Shown: positions 49,992-59,499 of the stretch, piece after piece | Layout: each line of letters begins with the position of its first letter | How positions within the stretch are numbered: position 1 is the stretch's first letter | Source of the DNA: Candidatus Marinacidobacterales bacterium | GTDB lineage: Bacteria; Acidobacteriota; Vicinamibacteria; Marinacidobacterales; SMYC01 | Direction of reading: 5' to 3' | NCBI GenBank assembly: GCA_965224085.1 | Contig: CBDCYI010000004.1 | Location: 1,632,001 to 1,696,000 of the forward strand | Length of the DNA: 64,000 nucleotides | Position numbers and translations under genes: made by a program | Notes under the pieces: generated by a model | Databases searched by the model: none | The model's input: only the letters and a program-made list of their open reading frames with translations | What the model was told of the DNA's origin: nothing

Positions 49992-50364
49992 TGCTACCAA
50001 TCCAATGGTGTCTACGAGGTTGTCGTTCCGGTGAAGGATCTGGCGCGGGCCGAGTCCTTCTATTGCGGTGTTCTCGGACTCGAAGTTGGGATTCGGGACG
50101 AAGAACGGAGATGGCTTTTTCTACGCGCGGGAGGAACGGCGGGGATGGTTGTGCTCCAGGAAAACAAGGCGGGGTTTCCCAAGACTCATTTCGCGCTCGC
50201 GGTGAACGAGGGCGACATAGACGCCGCAGCATCTACGCTGAGGAAGCAGGGGATCACCGTCAAGGGCCCCATATTGATTGAGTGGATGCCCGCGAAATCC
50301 ATCTACTTTCGCCGATCCCGACGATCACGATTTGGAGCTGTGTGCGCTCATTGAACGACGCTAG
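49991..50364 (+). pseudogene. VOC/glyoxalase family protein with two 1-nt frameshifts (about 50002 and 50308)
   Basis: Repaired reading MLPINGVYEVVVPVKDLARAESFY...HFAL...SIYFADPDDHDLELCAL. Confidence 0.75.
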
Positions 50365-50446
50365 CAACAGAACCCTCGGCGGAGCCTCCCTACCGTTTGA
50401 CCCCCTCCTCCCAGGCCGCTACATTCCTCTTTAAATAAGGTTACGA

Positions 50447-50516
50447 ATGGCCCTCACTTCGGGAACCCGCCTAGGCCCCTACGAGATCCTCTCTCCAGTC
50501 GGCAAAGGGGGAATGG
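50447..50516 (+). pseudogene. N-terminal part of a Ser/Thr kinase gene interrupted by IS110
   Basis: MALTSGTRLGPYEILSPVGKGGM(G), which continues as GEVYKAKDTRL at 53155. Confidence 0.92.
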
Positions 50517-50557
50517 ACTCCCCACGCCGGATCAAGAGAAAACGTTCTTCGTAATAG

Positions 50558-51814
50558 TCATCCGCGATTCGCTTTTTTTGTGGGCCACCGGGAGGGGTCG
50601 TAAAGGGTTCCTTGTCGAAGCATCGCAATGGCGATGGGGAGAATGCGGTCCATGACGCCTCTGAGAGCTCTGGCATGGCTGTGGCCTCTGTCACGAAGCC
50701 GGTCGTAGTGTTCTTTGAAGTGGGGGTCGTGCAAAACGGCAGTGCGTGCCCAATGGTGGAGAGCATTATTGAGGGGCAAAGAGCGAGCTCTCCTCATCAG
50801 GATCGTTGGTCGCAACTGACCGCGCTTGCCGCTCTTTTTTGTGACAGGAGCAATGCCGCCGAGAGTCCTGAAGGCGTTGAGATTACGGAGCCGAATGGGG
50901 TCGTGGGCATAGCAGAGCACGGAGGCGAGCACGTAAGCACCGACGCCGGGCAAAGAGGCAAGAATGGCAGGGTCGGAGCAATGCTCGTCGGTTAGTGCTT
51001 GCACGCGCTTGAACCACTTCTCGAGATGCTGGTCGGAGGCACGACGATGTTGTCGAACGAGGAGCAACTGCTGGAGTAGTAGTTGGAGATGCTCGGCGGT
51101 AGCTTGAGTGGTTGCGGTTGCGACCCGGAGAGGTTTTTGTTTGAGGGTATCGAGGATCTTCTCGGGTTTTAGACGTCGGATGCGGTGTTTTTGAGCGAGG
51201 GTCTCAATGGAGTGGCGGCTAAGAGGGTTGGGGCTGGATTCGAAGAAGAGTTTTAGGAGCTCGCAGAAAAAAGCGTCGAGAGCCTTGTCCTTTGGCGCGA
51301 GCGAGACGAGGTGAGGCCAGCAACGAGTAAGGAGTTCTCGGATCTGCGAGCTGAGGGCCACATGGTTTTTGACGAGTTGGTCGCGGGTACTCAGCAACCC
51401 GCGCATAGCGAGGATCTCCGTAGGTGGGAGATGCAAGCGCTGAAAGCGGTGGCCGTCGGTTCTGAGCGAATCGGCGAGAACGAAGGCGTCTCGCCGATCA
51501 TCCTTGGCGCCGCTCATAGAATGCCGGTCGCGGAAACGGTCGACCTGCTTGGGATTGATGGAGAAAATGGCGATGCCGTGGTCAAGAAAGAGCTCGACGA
51601 CGGCCCCATGAGGTTTTTCGATCGCCACCGCGATGCGCTCGGTATCTTGCGAGGTCTCTTCCAAAAGCCAGTCGATGGTTCCCGATAGTCCTTCGCGGCT
51701 ATGGGGGAAGCCTCTCTCCGCCAAGAAGTTACCTTTGGCATCGACCACACTGGCCAAGTGAAGCCATTGACCCAGGTCGATACCGACGAAGAAGTCGTAT
51801 TTGAGTTGATTCAT
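50558..51814 (-). CDS. IS110 family DEDD recombinase/transposase
   Basis: FVGID, AIEKP, INPKQVDRFR, KDDRRDAFVLA, SLPGVG, GIAPVTKKSGK (Ser); alternative start 51826. Confidence 0.95.
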   Translation of the reverse strand: MNQLKYDFFVGIDLGQWLHLASVVDAKGNFLAERGFPHSREGLSGTIDWLLEETSQDTERIAVAIEKPHGAVVELFLDHGIAIFSINPKQVDRFRDRHSMSGAKDDRRDAFVLADSLRTDGHRFQRLHLPPTEILAMRGLLSTRDQLVKNHVALSSQIRELLTRCWPHLVSLAPKDKALDAFFCELLKLFFESSPNPLSRHSIETLAQKHRIRRLKPEKILDTLKQKPLRVATATTQATAEHLQLLLQQLLLVRQHRRASDQHLEKWFKRVQALTDEHCSDPAILASLPGVGAYVLASVLCYAHDPIRLRNLNAFRTLGGIAPVTKKSGKRGQLRPTILMRRARSLPLNNALHHWARTAVLHDPHFKEHYDRLRDRGHSHARALRGVMDRILPIAIAMLRQGTLYDPSRWPTKKANRG

Positions 51815-51840
51815 GGAAGAACTCATTTCCGCCAGCGCAT

Positions 51841-51974
51841 GTGATGTTTCATCGGCCCCTGTACTGGCGCTCGAAGCGCAACTCCCCACTGGATGTCCAT
51901 CACAAAAGAATTGCCGGCACGCATGTCCATTCCTGGCGCTAGGAGCGCAGGGCGACGTATGGCGTTGCCGGCAA
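51841..51974 (-). ncRNA. IS110 bridge RNA core (target-binding loop, then donor-binding loop)
   Basis: Two stem-closed loops, each with a GCGCT-nnn-AGCGC inner hairpin, flanked by guides matching the insertion site and both element ends; transcript ends not determined. Confidence 0.85.
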
Positions 51975-52021
51975 GCTGCTGACGAAATCGAAAATAGTCC
52001 AAGCTCATCGTGATATTTGCT

Positions 52022-52438
52022 CTACCATGGCAATCGGAGTTGTCGCGCGATGCCACGAGTTCGTGCTCGGTTTTTTCTCGGTAGTTTCGGGCGAAGCACG
52101 TCCGAGAGTTTTTCTCGAATGTAAAGAACATAAGGCGGGTCTAGATATTGACTTTGCACTTCCTGGAGCACAGGTGAAAAATAACGAAGGGAGCGAATGG
52201 GCTGCAGTGGCTCCTCATGTTCTTGTAGCTCCCTACGAGCGCAACCCAGAAGTAGGGCACACTCGAATTCGTGTAACGGGACTCCTTGGCGGTAGAGCTG
52301 CGTCGCGATGAAGCGGTCGTCGCGCCGTGGCCGCTCAGGTGTGTTCGGAATGGAAAGATAGAGGTCCAAAATCGTCCGGACGTAATTGTTTTCTGTCAGA
52401 GCATCGCTCGTGAGCGGTTCATTACCCAGCTTCGACAT
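52022..52438 (-). CDS. Hypothetical 138-aa accessory protein inside IS110
   Basis: Intact ORF overlapping the upstream ORF; YVRTILDLY...LYRQGVPL...PIRSLRYFSPVLQEV. Confidence 0.7.
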   Translation of the reverse strand: MSKLGNEPLTSDALTENNYVRTILDLYLSIPNTPERPRRDDRFIATQLYRQGVPLHEFECALLLGCARRELQEHEEPLQPIRSLRYFSPVLQEVQSQYLDPPYVLYIREKLSDVLRPKLPRKNRARTRGIARQLRLPW

Positions 52439-52835
52439 CCTTTAGCCTCCCGCGTCGGCCGCAGATACAGCATTTGGCATATCTGATACTGTCAATCTTC
52501 GTTTTCATTGAATGAGCCATCGGGCCACTAGCTTGAATTTCACGAACTCCTAGACTGCCAGAATTACTGGGGTGAATGAACCCTTGCTCCGTCACTATTT
52601 TCGCCGCCTGGCGTAGACGATAATTCTGTTGCCGAGCCGCGTGGAGTTTTCGTGAGTTGAAACCTTTCTGGTAATTTCGGTTATTTTCGCGCTGGTTCTC
52701 TCGCCGGGTTTCGTCACGGCAGGTTGGACCGCAGTAGCACTGTCCCTGGTAACATGACTTGCAGATGAAGAAAGGCATCCCACAGCTTTTGTTGCGGCAG
52801 AAAAGCCGGAGAAGAACGACAGGTTTGGTGGCCAT
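52422..52835 (-). CDS. Cys-rich putative Zn-finger protein inside IS110
   Basis: CRNKSC, CKSC, CYCGPTC, basic helix, terminal CCICG; start may be 52931. Confidence 0.7.
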   Translation of the reverse strand: MATKPVVLLRLFCRNKSCGMPFFICKSCYQGQCYCGPTCRDETRRENQRENNRNYQKGFNSRKLHAARQQNYRLRQAAKIVTEQGFIHPSNSGSLGVREIQASGPMAHSMKTKIDSIRYAKCCICGRRGRLKDVEAG

Positions 52836-53153
52836 TCGGAACTCAGCAAAGTGCTGGACGATGGCCGCCCGGATGTGAGAGGCTAGCTTCAACTTGTAGT
52901 GGAGCGCCTCCTCCGGGGGCCATCCAAACATCAGAGCCCCGGTCGTTTGTAGCGGCTGGGGCTCACTATTGTCGCACAGCAGGTTCACCCTCTTCTTGCC
53001 GGCGCGAGACGATCTGACTGACTCGCGCCAAAGGCGCGAGAGGATGCTGGCCTCGCGCCAGAGGCGCGGGATGAGGCCTTGTACACAGACATTTCCTACC
53101 GACTCTTCCCGCAACACACGCTTTCGCTGCACTGATGCTTCGGCAAGCGTACA

Positions 53154-54552
53154 GGGCGAGGTCTACAAAGCCAAAGACACTCGGCTCGACCGCACAGTGG
53201 CCATCAAAGTCCTCCCCGAGCACCTCGCAGAAAGCCCCGAACGCAAGGCGCGCTTCGAGCGTGAGGCCAAGGCGATTTCGCAGCTCAATCATCCTCACAT
53301 TTGCACCCTTTATGACGTAGGCGAGCAAGACGGGGTCGATTATCTCGTCATGGAGTACATCGAAGGGGAAACGCTGGCGAACGCGCTGAAGCGCGGTGCC
53401 CTGCCACTCGATAAGGCGCTCGAATACGGCATTCAAATCGCGGATGGTCTGGACACGGCGCATCGCGCGGGCATCGTCCACCGAGATCTGAAACCCGCCA
53501 ATGCGATGCTGACGAAGCCCGGTATCAAGCTCTTGGATTTCGGCCTGGCGAGGCTCATCAAAGAAGACGACGGTCCCGAGACATCCGATGCACTTACACG
53601 GCAGAGAGATCTACCAAGGAAGAATCCATCATCGGGACGCTTCAGTACATGGCTCCCGAACAGCTGGAACGGAGGCCGGCGGATGCGCGGACAGACATCT
53701 TCGCTATGGGCGTTGTGCTGTACGAGATGGTTACCGGAAACAAGGCGTTTGCGGGCGAAAGCCAGGCGAGCTTGATCGGCGCTATCTTAAAAGACGATCC
53801 GCCGTCCCTGTCTGCGTTCTCCCCGATGTCGCCTCCGGCGCTGGACCATGTCGTCAAGACGTGCCTCGCCAAAGATCCCGACGAGCGATGCCAGTCAGCG
53901 GGCGAGGTGGAACGCAACTTGAAGTGGATCCGCGACGCCGGAGCCGATGCCAAAGTGTCTGCTCCAACGGGTGTTACTCGACGCGGGTTCTGGTCGCTTT
54001 GTCGACGTACTCCTGGGCGCCGCGCTCGCGACGGCTGTCACGGCCCTTGTCGTCATTGCGCTCATTCGGCCCGACGCACCGCACGTATCTCGCTTAGCTA
54101 TATCCGCTCCGCTCGGGCAACCCATTTCTATGTCGAATTGGAACGTGGACTTGGCGATCTCACCGGACGGCAGCCGGATCGTCTACGTTGGCCAAATCGA
54201 GACAGGAGAACGACAGCTCTTCATTCGTCGTTTGGATCAATACGAACCTGAAGCTCTAGACGGAACGGGTCCTGACCCTCGGAATCCGTTTTTCTCGCCC
54301 GACGGATCGTGGGTGGGGTATGTTGAGGACGTCCAGCCTCGGCGCCTGATGAGGGTCTCCACCCTGGGCGGTCCGCCACTTGTCATCGGTGCGGGCGTCT
54401 TCGTGTGGGGTGCCAGCTGGGGCGCGGACGACAAAACATCATCTTCGCCGAGCGAGGGCGCCTCCTTCGCGTCTCGGCCAGCGGTGGCGAGCCGGAGATT
54501 CTGGCGGCCGCGGATGGGCTCTTCTACTCCTGGCCGGACGTGTTGCCCGGAC
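53154..54552 (+). pseudogene. Remainder of the Ser/Thr kinase-TM-TolB gene; frameshifts near 53613, 53995 and 54433, truncated near 54552
   Basis: VAIKVL, HRDLKPAN, KLLDFGLA, GTLQYMAPEQ, TM segment, AISPDGSRIVY, PFFSPDG. Confidence 0.9.
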
Positions 54553-54772
54553 ACTCAACGACAAAAACGACGCTAGTGGCGTGTGTCCGGTCCCTCTAAA
54601 CGCTTGATACGTGACGACAACGTCGAGAAGTGCCTTAGTGTCGAGCCCATCCGAGGACTTAAAATCCTCGGCATGAATCACAACAAGGCGACCGGGAAGC
54701 ACTTCGAGTCTTTTCTCCTCATTACTTGCTGCTCCACTTCGTGGTCCGCGACCTTCTCTGCTAGAATACTGC

Positions 54773-56638
54773 GTGCTCGAGTCGCTCACGAAACTCACGC
54801 CGCTCGTCTGTTTGGCAGTTGCACTCACCGGTTGCCGCGGAGAGTCCAACGAGGCGCCCTACGACTTTATAGGTCGCGTCGACGAAGCCCACTTAGCACT
54901 CGAGGACGTCACGACGAGCGGGATGGAACGGCTACTCACGCACGCCTTCACATTTCGTAGCGAGACGAGACGCGCGCTCGCGGCTCCCTTCGCGGCTCAC
55001 ATCTCGTTCGAGGTCCGCGTCCCGCGCAATGCCGCGCTCCGCTTTGCCTACGGCGCGTCGACGCTCGATCGGCCCAACCTGCTCACGGCGACCGCCTTTC
55101 AAGTGCTCGTGGACGACGGCGATGGCGACGAGCGCGTGTTCTCGGAAACGTTGCGCCGTCCTGAAGCGAATCGTTGGTTCCCGCGGGACGTCGACTTGTT
55201 GCGCTTCGCCGACAAGACCGTTCGTCTCACCTTCGCCACTGGGCGCGTGGAGGGCAAGCGTCCTCGTGCGGAGCAGCAGATGCTCCCGGTTTGGGGCAAT
55301 CCGGTCCTGTTAGACCGCTCGGCGGTGTCGGAAAAGCCGGACATCGTTTTGGTATCAATCGATTGCTTGCGGGCCGACCACGTAGGTGCGTACGGATATT
55401 CGAGGGAGACGACCCCGAACCTCGACGCGTTCGCGGGGGAGGCGACGCTCTTCGAGACGGCCATCGCGGCCTCCTCCTATACGCTGCCCACACACGCCGC
55501 TATGCTGACGGGGCTTCCCCCATCGCTCCACGGCGCCATCCTCGGACGGGCCATAGCACCGTCGGTCCCTTACACGCCCGAGTCTTTGTCGCGTGCCGGG
55601 TACCGAACCACGGGCCTGGTGACGGCGCCTTTTCTGGCTCGCCACTACGGCTTTCATCGCGGATTTCACACGTATCGCGCGACGGGAGGCCGGGCGGCGT
55701 CGATCGTTGACCGGACGCTCGAGCTTTTCGAGGAAGGCCGGGGCCAGCCGCAGTTTTTCTTCCTACACCTGTTCAATCTTCACCGGCCGTACTCGCCGCC
55801 AGCAGCCTATCGCACACGCTTCGGTGAGCGTCCAGACAATATCACCGAGATTAACGATCGCATCAAGATGCGCCGCCCGCCAACGAGCCGCATACAGGTG
55901 GAGCAAGCGATGGCGCTCTACGATGGGGAGCTCGCCTATGTGGACGATGAGCTGGTGCGTTTGTTCGACGCACTGCGAAACGCCGGTATCTGGGAGAACG
56001 CGCTCGTGATCGTCACCGCCGATCACGGAGAAGCCTTCTACGAACATGAAGATTGGGACCACGCGCGGCCGTGGATTCACGACACGCCTGGGCTCTACGA
56101 AGAGATCGTGCACGTGCCGCTCATCGTCAAGTGGCCGGGACAGCGGAGCGGACGGAGGGTTCGATCGCTGGTCAGCCAGATGGACGTTTCGCCGACGATC
56201 TTGGAAGCGGCGGGGATCGAGACGGAGACGCTTTGGGCCGCAGGTTTGCGCCGCTTTTTCGACGACGAGGCTGGACGCGACGAGCCGTCCCGCAACACGA
56301 TTTCCGAGTTCGTTTCGGAGCGTCCCGACCGCGACGCTGGTCTGCAGATCGCCTTGCGCAGCCAGGACGCCAAATACATCGCTACCTTCCGCGCGGATAC
56401 GTTGGCCGAGCTCCGCGGAGCCGCTCCCGTGCGCCACGAGCTCTACGACCTTCGCGACGACCCGGGAGAGCTACGCAATCTACTCGAGGGCGACGATGTC
56501 GTCCCGAGCGCGTTCAGCGCGGCGCTCAGAGGCTACTTGCGAGCGACGCAGGAGCTCGCTCCGGCCTCCGAAGGCGACGCGATTCTTGACGAAAAGGCAT
56601 TGGAGGAGCTGCGCTCTCTCGGCTATATCGAGCAGTAG
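54773..56638 (+). CDS. Sulfatase-like hydrolase/transferase with N-terminal beta-sandwich, probable lipoprotein
   Basis: LTGC lipobox, IVLVSIDCLRADH, SYTLPTHAAMLTG, ADHGEAF, ELYDLRDDPGE, LRSLGYIE. Confidence 0.85.
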   Translation: MLESLTKLTPLVCLAVALTGCRGESNEAPYDFIGRVDEAHLALEDVTTSGMERLLTHAFTFRSETRRALAAPFAAHISFEVRVPRNAALRFAYGASTLDRPNLLTATAFQVLVDDGDGDERVFSETLRRPEANRWFPRDVDLLRFADKTVRLTFATGRVEGKRPRAEQQMLPVWGNPVLLDRSAVSEKPDIVLVSIDCLRADHVGAYGYSRETTPNLDAFAGEATLFETAIAASSYTLPTHAAMLTGLPPSLHGAILGRAIAPSVPYTPESLSRAGYRTTGLVTAPFLARHYGFHRGFHTYRATGGRAASIVDRTLELFEEGRGQPQFFFLHLFNLHRPYSPPAAYRTRFGERPDNITEINDRIKMRRPPTSRIQVEQAMALYDGELAYVDDELVRLFDALRNAGIWENALVIVTADHGEAFYEHEDWDHARPWIHDTPGLYEEIVHVPLIVKWPGQRSGRRVRSLVSQMDVSPTILEAAGIETETLWAAGLRRFFDDEAGRDEPSRNTISEFVSERPDRDAGLQIALRSQDAKYIATFRADTLAELRGAAPVRHELYDLRDDPGELRNLLEGDDVVPSAFSAALRGYLRATQELAPASEGDAILDEKALEELRSLGYIEQ

Positions 56639-56702
56639 GCGAGACCCGGGTGAGTGCTCTTGGCGTCGCTTCAGCAGAGTCGTCGTCGAACCAGGTAAAG
56701 CC

Positions 56703-59445
56703 TCAAGGATCGAAGAGGACGGTGAAGTCCGCGGTTTTGCCGTTGTCCACGGCGATGAACCCGATCGGGTCGTCGAGCGCTTCCGTACAGGCCAGAGGAA
56801 AAGGGGGCTCCGTTCGTAACCCCGGCATGCAATGGTATTTCAGCACCGTCCGTTCAAGGACGGCACCTTCGACGGTGATCTTATCAGGCTCCGCCTGGAC
56901 TCGGATCGCCGGCTGGTCGAGACCAAACGAACGGACGCCATCCACTTCGAAGAGTACGTATTTTCCCACAATATTCAACCGACGGACAAAGGGCCGGCCA
57001 TCCAGGTTTCGGCGGGACACATCCGACCAGGCAAGGATCCATCCGACGTTGTAGAGATCCAGGTACCCCTTCAGCTCACCGTCACCGAAATGGTCGATTT
57101 CGCGCGCAAAAGCCCGGCCCGACGTGAAATCGACGAAGTGGTGCGCCAAGCGAGAACATTCCATGGGCCCTCCGATGAACTCCCTTTCGACCAGATGCGG
57201 AAAGAGCGCGGGGAGGTGCGTATAACCGTAGGCATGTTGGTTCTTTCCGAGGTGGTCTGCGTCTTCGATCATGATGCGCGCTTGCGGGGTGGTGACGGTC
57301 CGGAGCAACTGGACGAGTAAGGTCACTTCCGTCGGAAGCGAGTCGTTACCAGTCCTCATCCCAGACGATGAAGGCGCCCCGTCCTTCGGGCCCAACGACC
57401 TGAGCCCAATTCCGCAGAGATGGATAGGCCACTACGAGCAGGACTCCGACAGCGACCGCCAGGCGATCTTTCCTACCCGAGAGCCACCGGTAGGTCGCGT
57501 CCGCGGCGGCGGGAAGCAGGAAAAATGCGACCCCATCGAGGAATCTCCCGGGCTCGATGGTCTCGACAATCGGTAATGAGGAGCCCGCCGTCCCCAAAAA
57601 CAAGAGGCCGGCCGCCCCCGTCGCCGAGCAAGCCGCCGCCATCGATCCTCGTTCTCGCGCGAAGGATGGGAGCCCCGCCAGTCCGACGAGGCAGACGACG
57701 TTTTGGAGAGCATAGGTCCAGGAGAGCGCGCGGGCGACGAGAGTGGCCGGACCTCCCGGAAAATGTCCGAGCATGGGCACTTGGGCGATGGAATCGCGAA
57801 ACTCGAGAAACGGTACTATCCAGTGAAGATTCACGAGGAATCCCAGCACGACAGAGATAGAGGCGTAGAGCACCCATGAGCGGTCGGCTCTTTTGACCAT
57901 CGGGATAGCCGCGCCGACGACGGCGGGGGCCACCACTAACGGAAAAAGGATATGTACAGATGTACCAAAGCCCAAACCCAATCCTGCCAGAGCGGCGCGC
58001 GCCCAACCAGGTTTCTGGAACAGCCAGAAAAAAGCTGCGGCAACGAGAGGGGCGAGCACCAAAATGACGGCGTGGCTGTACATACCCCAGCGAATGTAAG
58101 CGCTTCGTCCGTGGAGGAAACCGTAGAACAAAAGCGTGGCCAGGACGGCCGCAACCAGTGAGCTCTGATGCGCGAGTCCCAACGCTCGTGTCGAGCCGTA
58201 AGACAACAGGGGCGGGACCAAGAAGAGGCCAGCTAGAAATAGAGCAAAGGCTTGCGCTGCCGGCAACCAACGGAGGAGTGCCACGGCGCTCTCGGCAGCG
58301 CGGTTGCTCGTGCTGTCCAGGGTGCCGGCAGGAAAGCCCGCCATGAGCTCCGGGCTGTAACCCCAAAGCCGGCCGCTCTCGACGAAGAACTCCCGCACGC
58401 GAATCACACTCGAGAGGTGGTACGAGTAATCATCCTGAACGAGTCGATCGCCACGCAGAAGCGGGCCCGGGCCGATCAACCTCACGACCATGAATACGTG
58501 CGCCGTCGCGAGCGACGTATATAGAAGGAGTAGGGCCCCCGTGCGGAGGACGTTCGGTGCCAAGTGGGCTCCGTCCGGCAGGGGCTGACCGTCGGGTCCC
58601 CGGTCGACGACGAATCGGCCGCGTGCTTTCCCACCCGACCACAGCACGAGACAAAGCACACCCAACCACCAGGCCGCTCCCTGCAAAACCCAAAGAGCGC
58701 TCGAAAGCTCTCTCCGGCCGCGGGTGTCGTCCAGCAAAAGCCCGACCTCATGGCTGACATAGGCGTCCAGGGGAACAAGCTCCAGAAACCCCGGACGATC
58801 CCATGATAGCTTCAAAAACGCCGGCGCCCCGCCCCGCTCGTAGCGAAGCCAGAAACGCTGGACTCCAGACTCGAGCTCGACCGCCGCCGAGGACGAGCCC
58901 GCCCCGTCGAGAAGCGTTTCGTTTCCCACTCTCAACGTACACCGCGAAACGCAGTGCCCTTCGAATCGGTGGAGCCCGGATTCCGGCACCCGCAGATAGC
59001 CCGCAACCTCCATCGCCACCACTCGCCGCCGGCCGGCCAGCGTCCTCAGCTGCCTCCGGTCACGGATCGTAAGCGACGCGGTCACGACCTCGCGCTCCTC
59101 TACCATCCCTGTTTCAGGAGCGTGGTAGACCGTCACCGCCTTCGCCGGAGCTTCGCTTTCCCCTTCTTTGAGCCAAGTCCACAAAAACGCCGACATCACC
59201 ATCAGAGCCAGCGTGAGTCCGAACAGACCGTCACGACGGAGCTCGAAATCGGAGGTCGGGCTGACGAAAAAAGCGCCCGCGCCGGCAACGACGAACCACC
59301 ACAAGCTGACGTCGGGAACCACCGGGCCGACTCGAACCTCCTGCTCACCCAAGGAGCGAGCAACCGCCAGCACGGTGAAAACGCCGAACAGAAACAGCCT
59401 GGGCCAGAGCCGATGGATCCCGAGCACGACGCTCTTGCGTGTCAT
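56703..59445 (-). pseudogene. Large polytopic membrane protein with a PA14-like domain and GT-C/YfhO-like features; frameshift near 57350-57420
   Basis: GYLRVPESGLHRF...LRYE...LKLSW (PA14-like); DDYSYH...WGYSPELMAGFP; many TMs; continues in ORF 56703-57395. Confidence 0.55.
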
Positions 59446-59499
59446 GGGCTCACCACGCCCGATAGAGGCGGCTCCCGGACGAGTGGCGCGTAAAGGCGC

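Larger units (their letters stand above)
50517..53153 (-). mobile_element. IS110-family element (2,637 bp) with bridge RNA and two accessory ORFs
   Basis: Removing it plus one flanking GG restores GGA ATG GGC GAG; GG core at 50515-16 and 53154-55; no terminal IRs. Confidence 0.92.

Noticed and set aside
52990-53080. Repeats in the IS110 leader as a mini-CRISPR array
   Set aside because: Only 2-3 short palindromes with about 10-nt gaps and no cas genes
52969-53153. Track ORF 52969-53775 suggesting a kinase with a novel N-terminus
   Set aside because: The first 62 codons are IS110 leader read in antisense; the true kinase start is at 50447
54553-54660. CTAGTGGCGTGTGT as an IS end at the kinase truncation point
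   Set aside because: No partner repeat or transposase nearby
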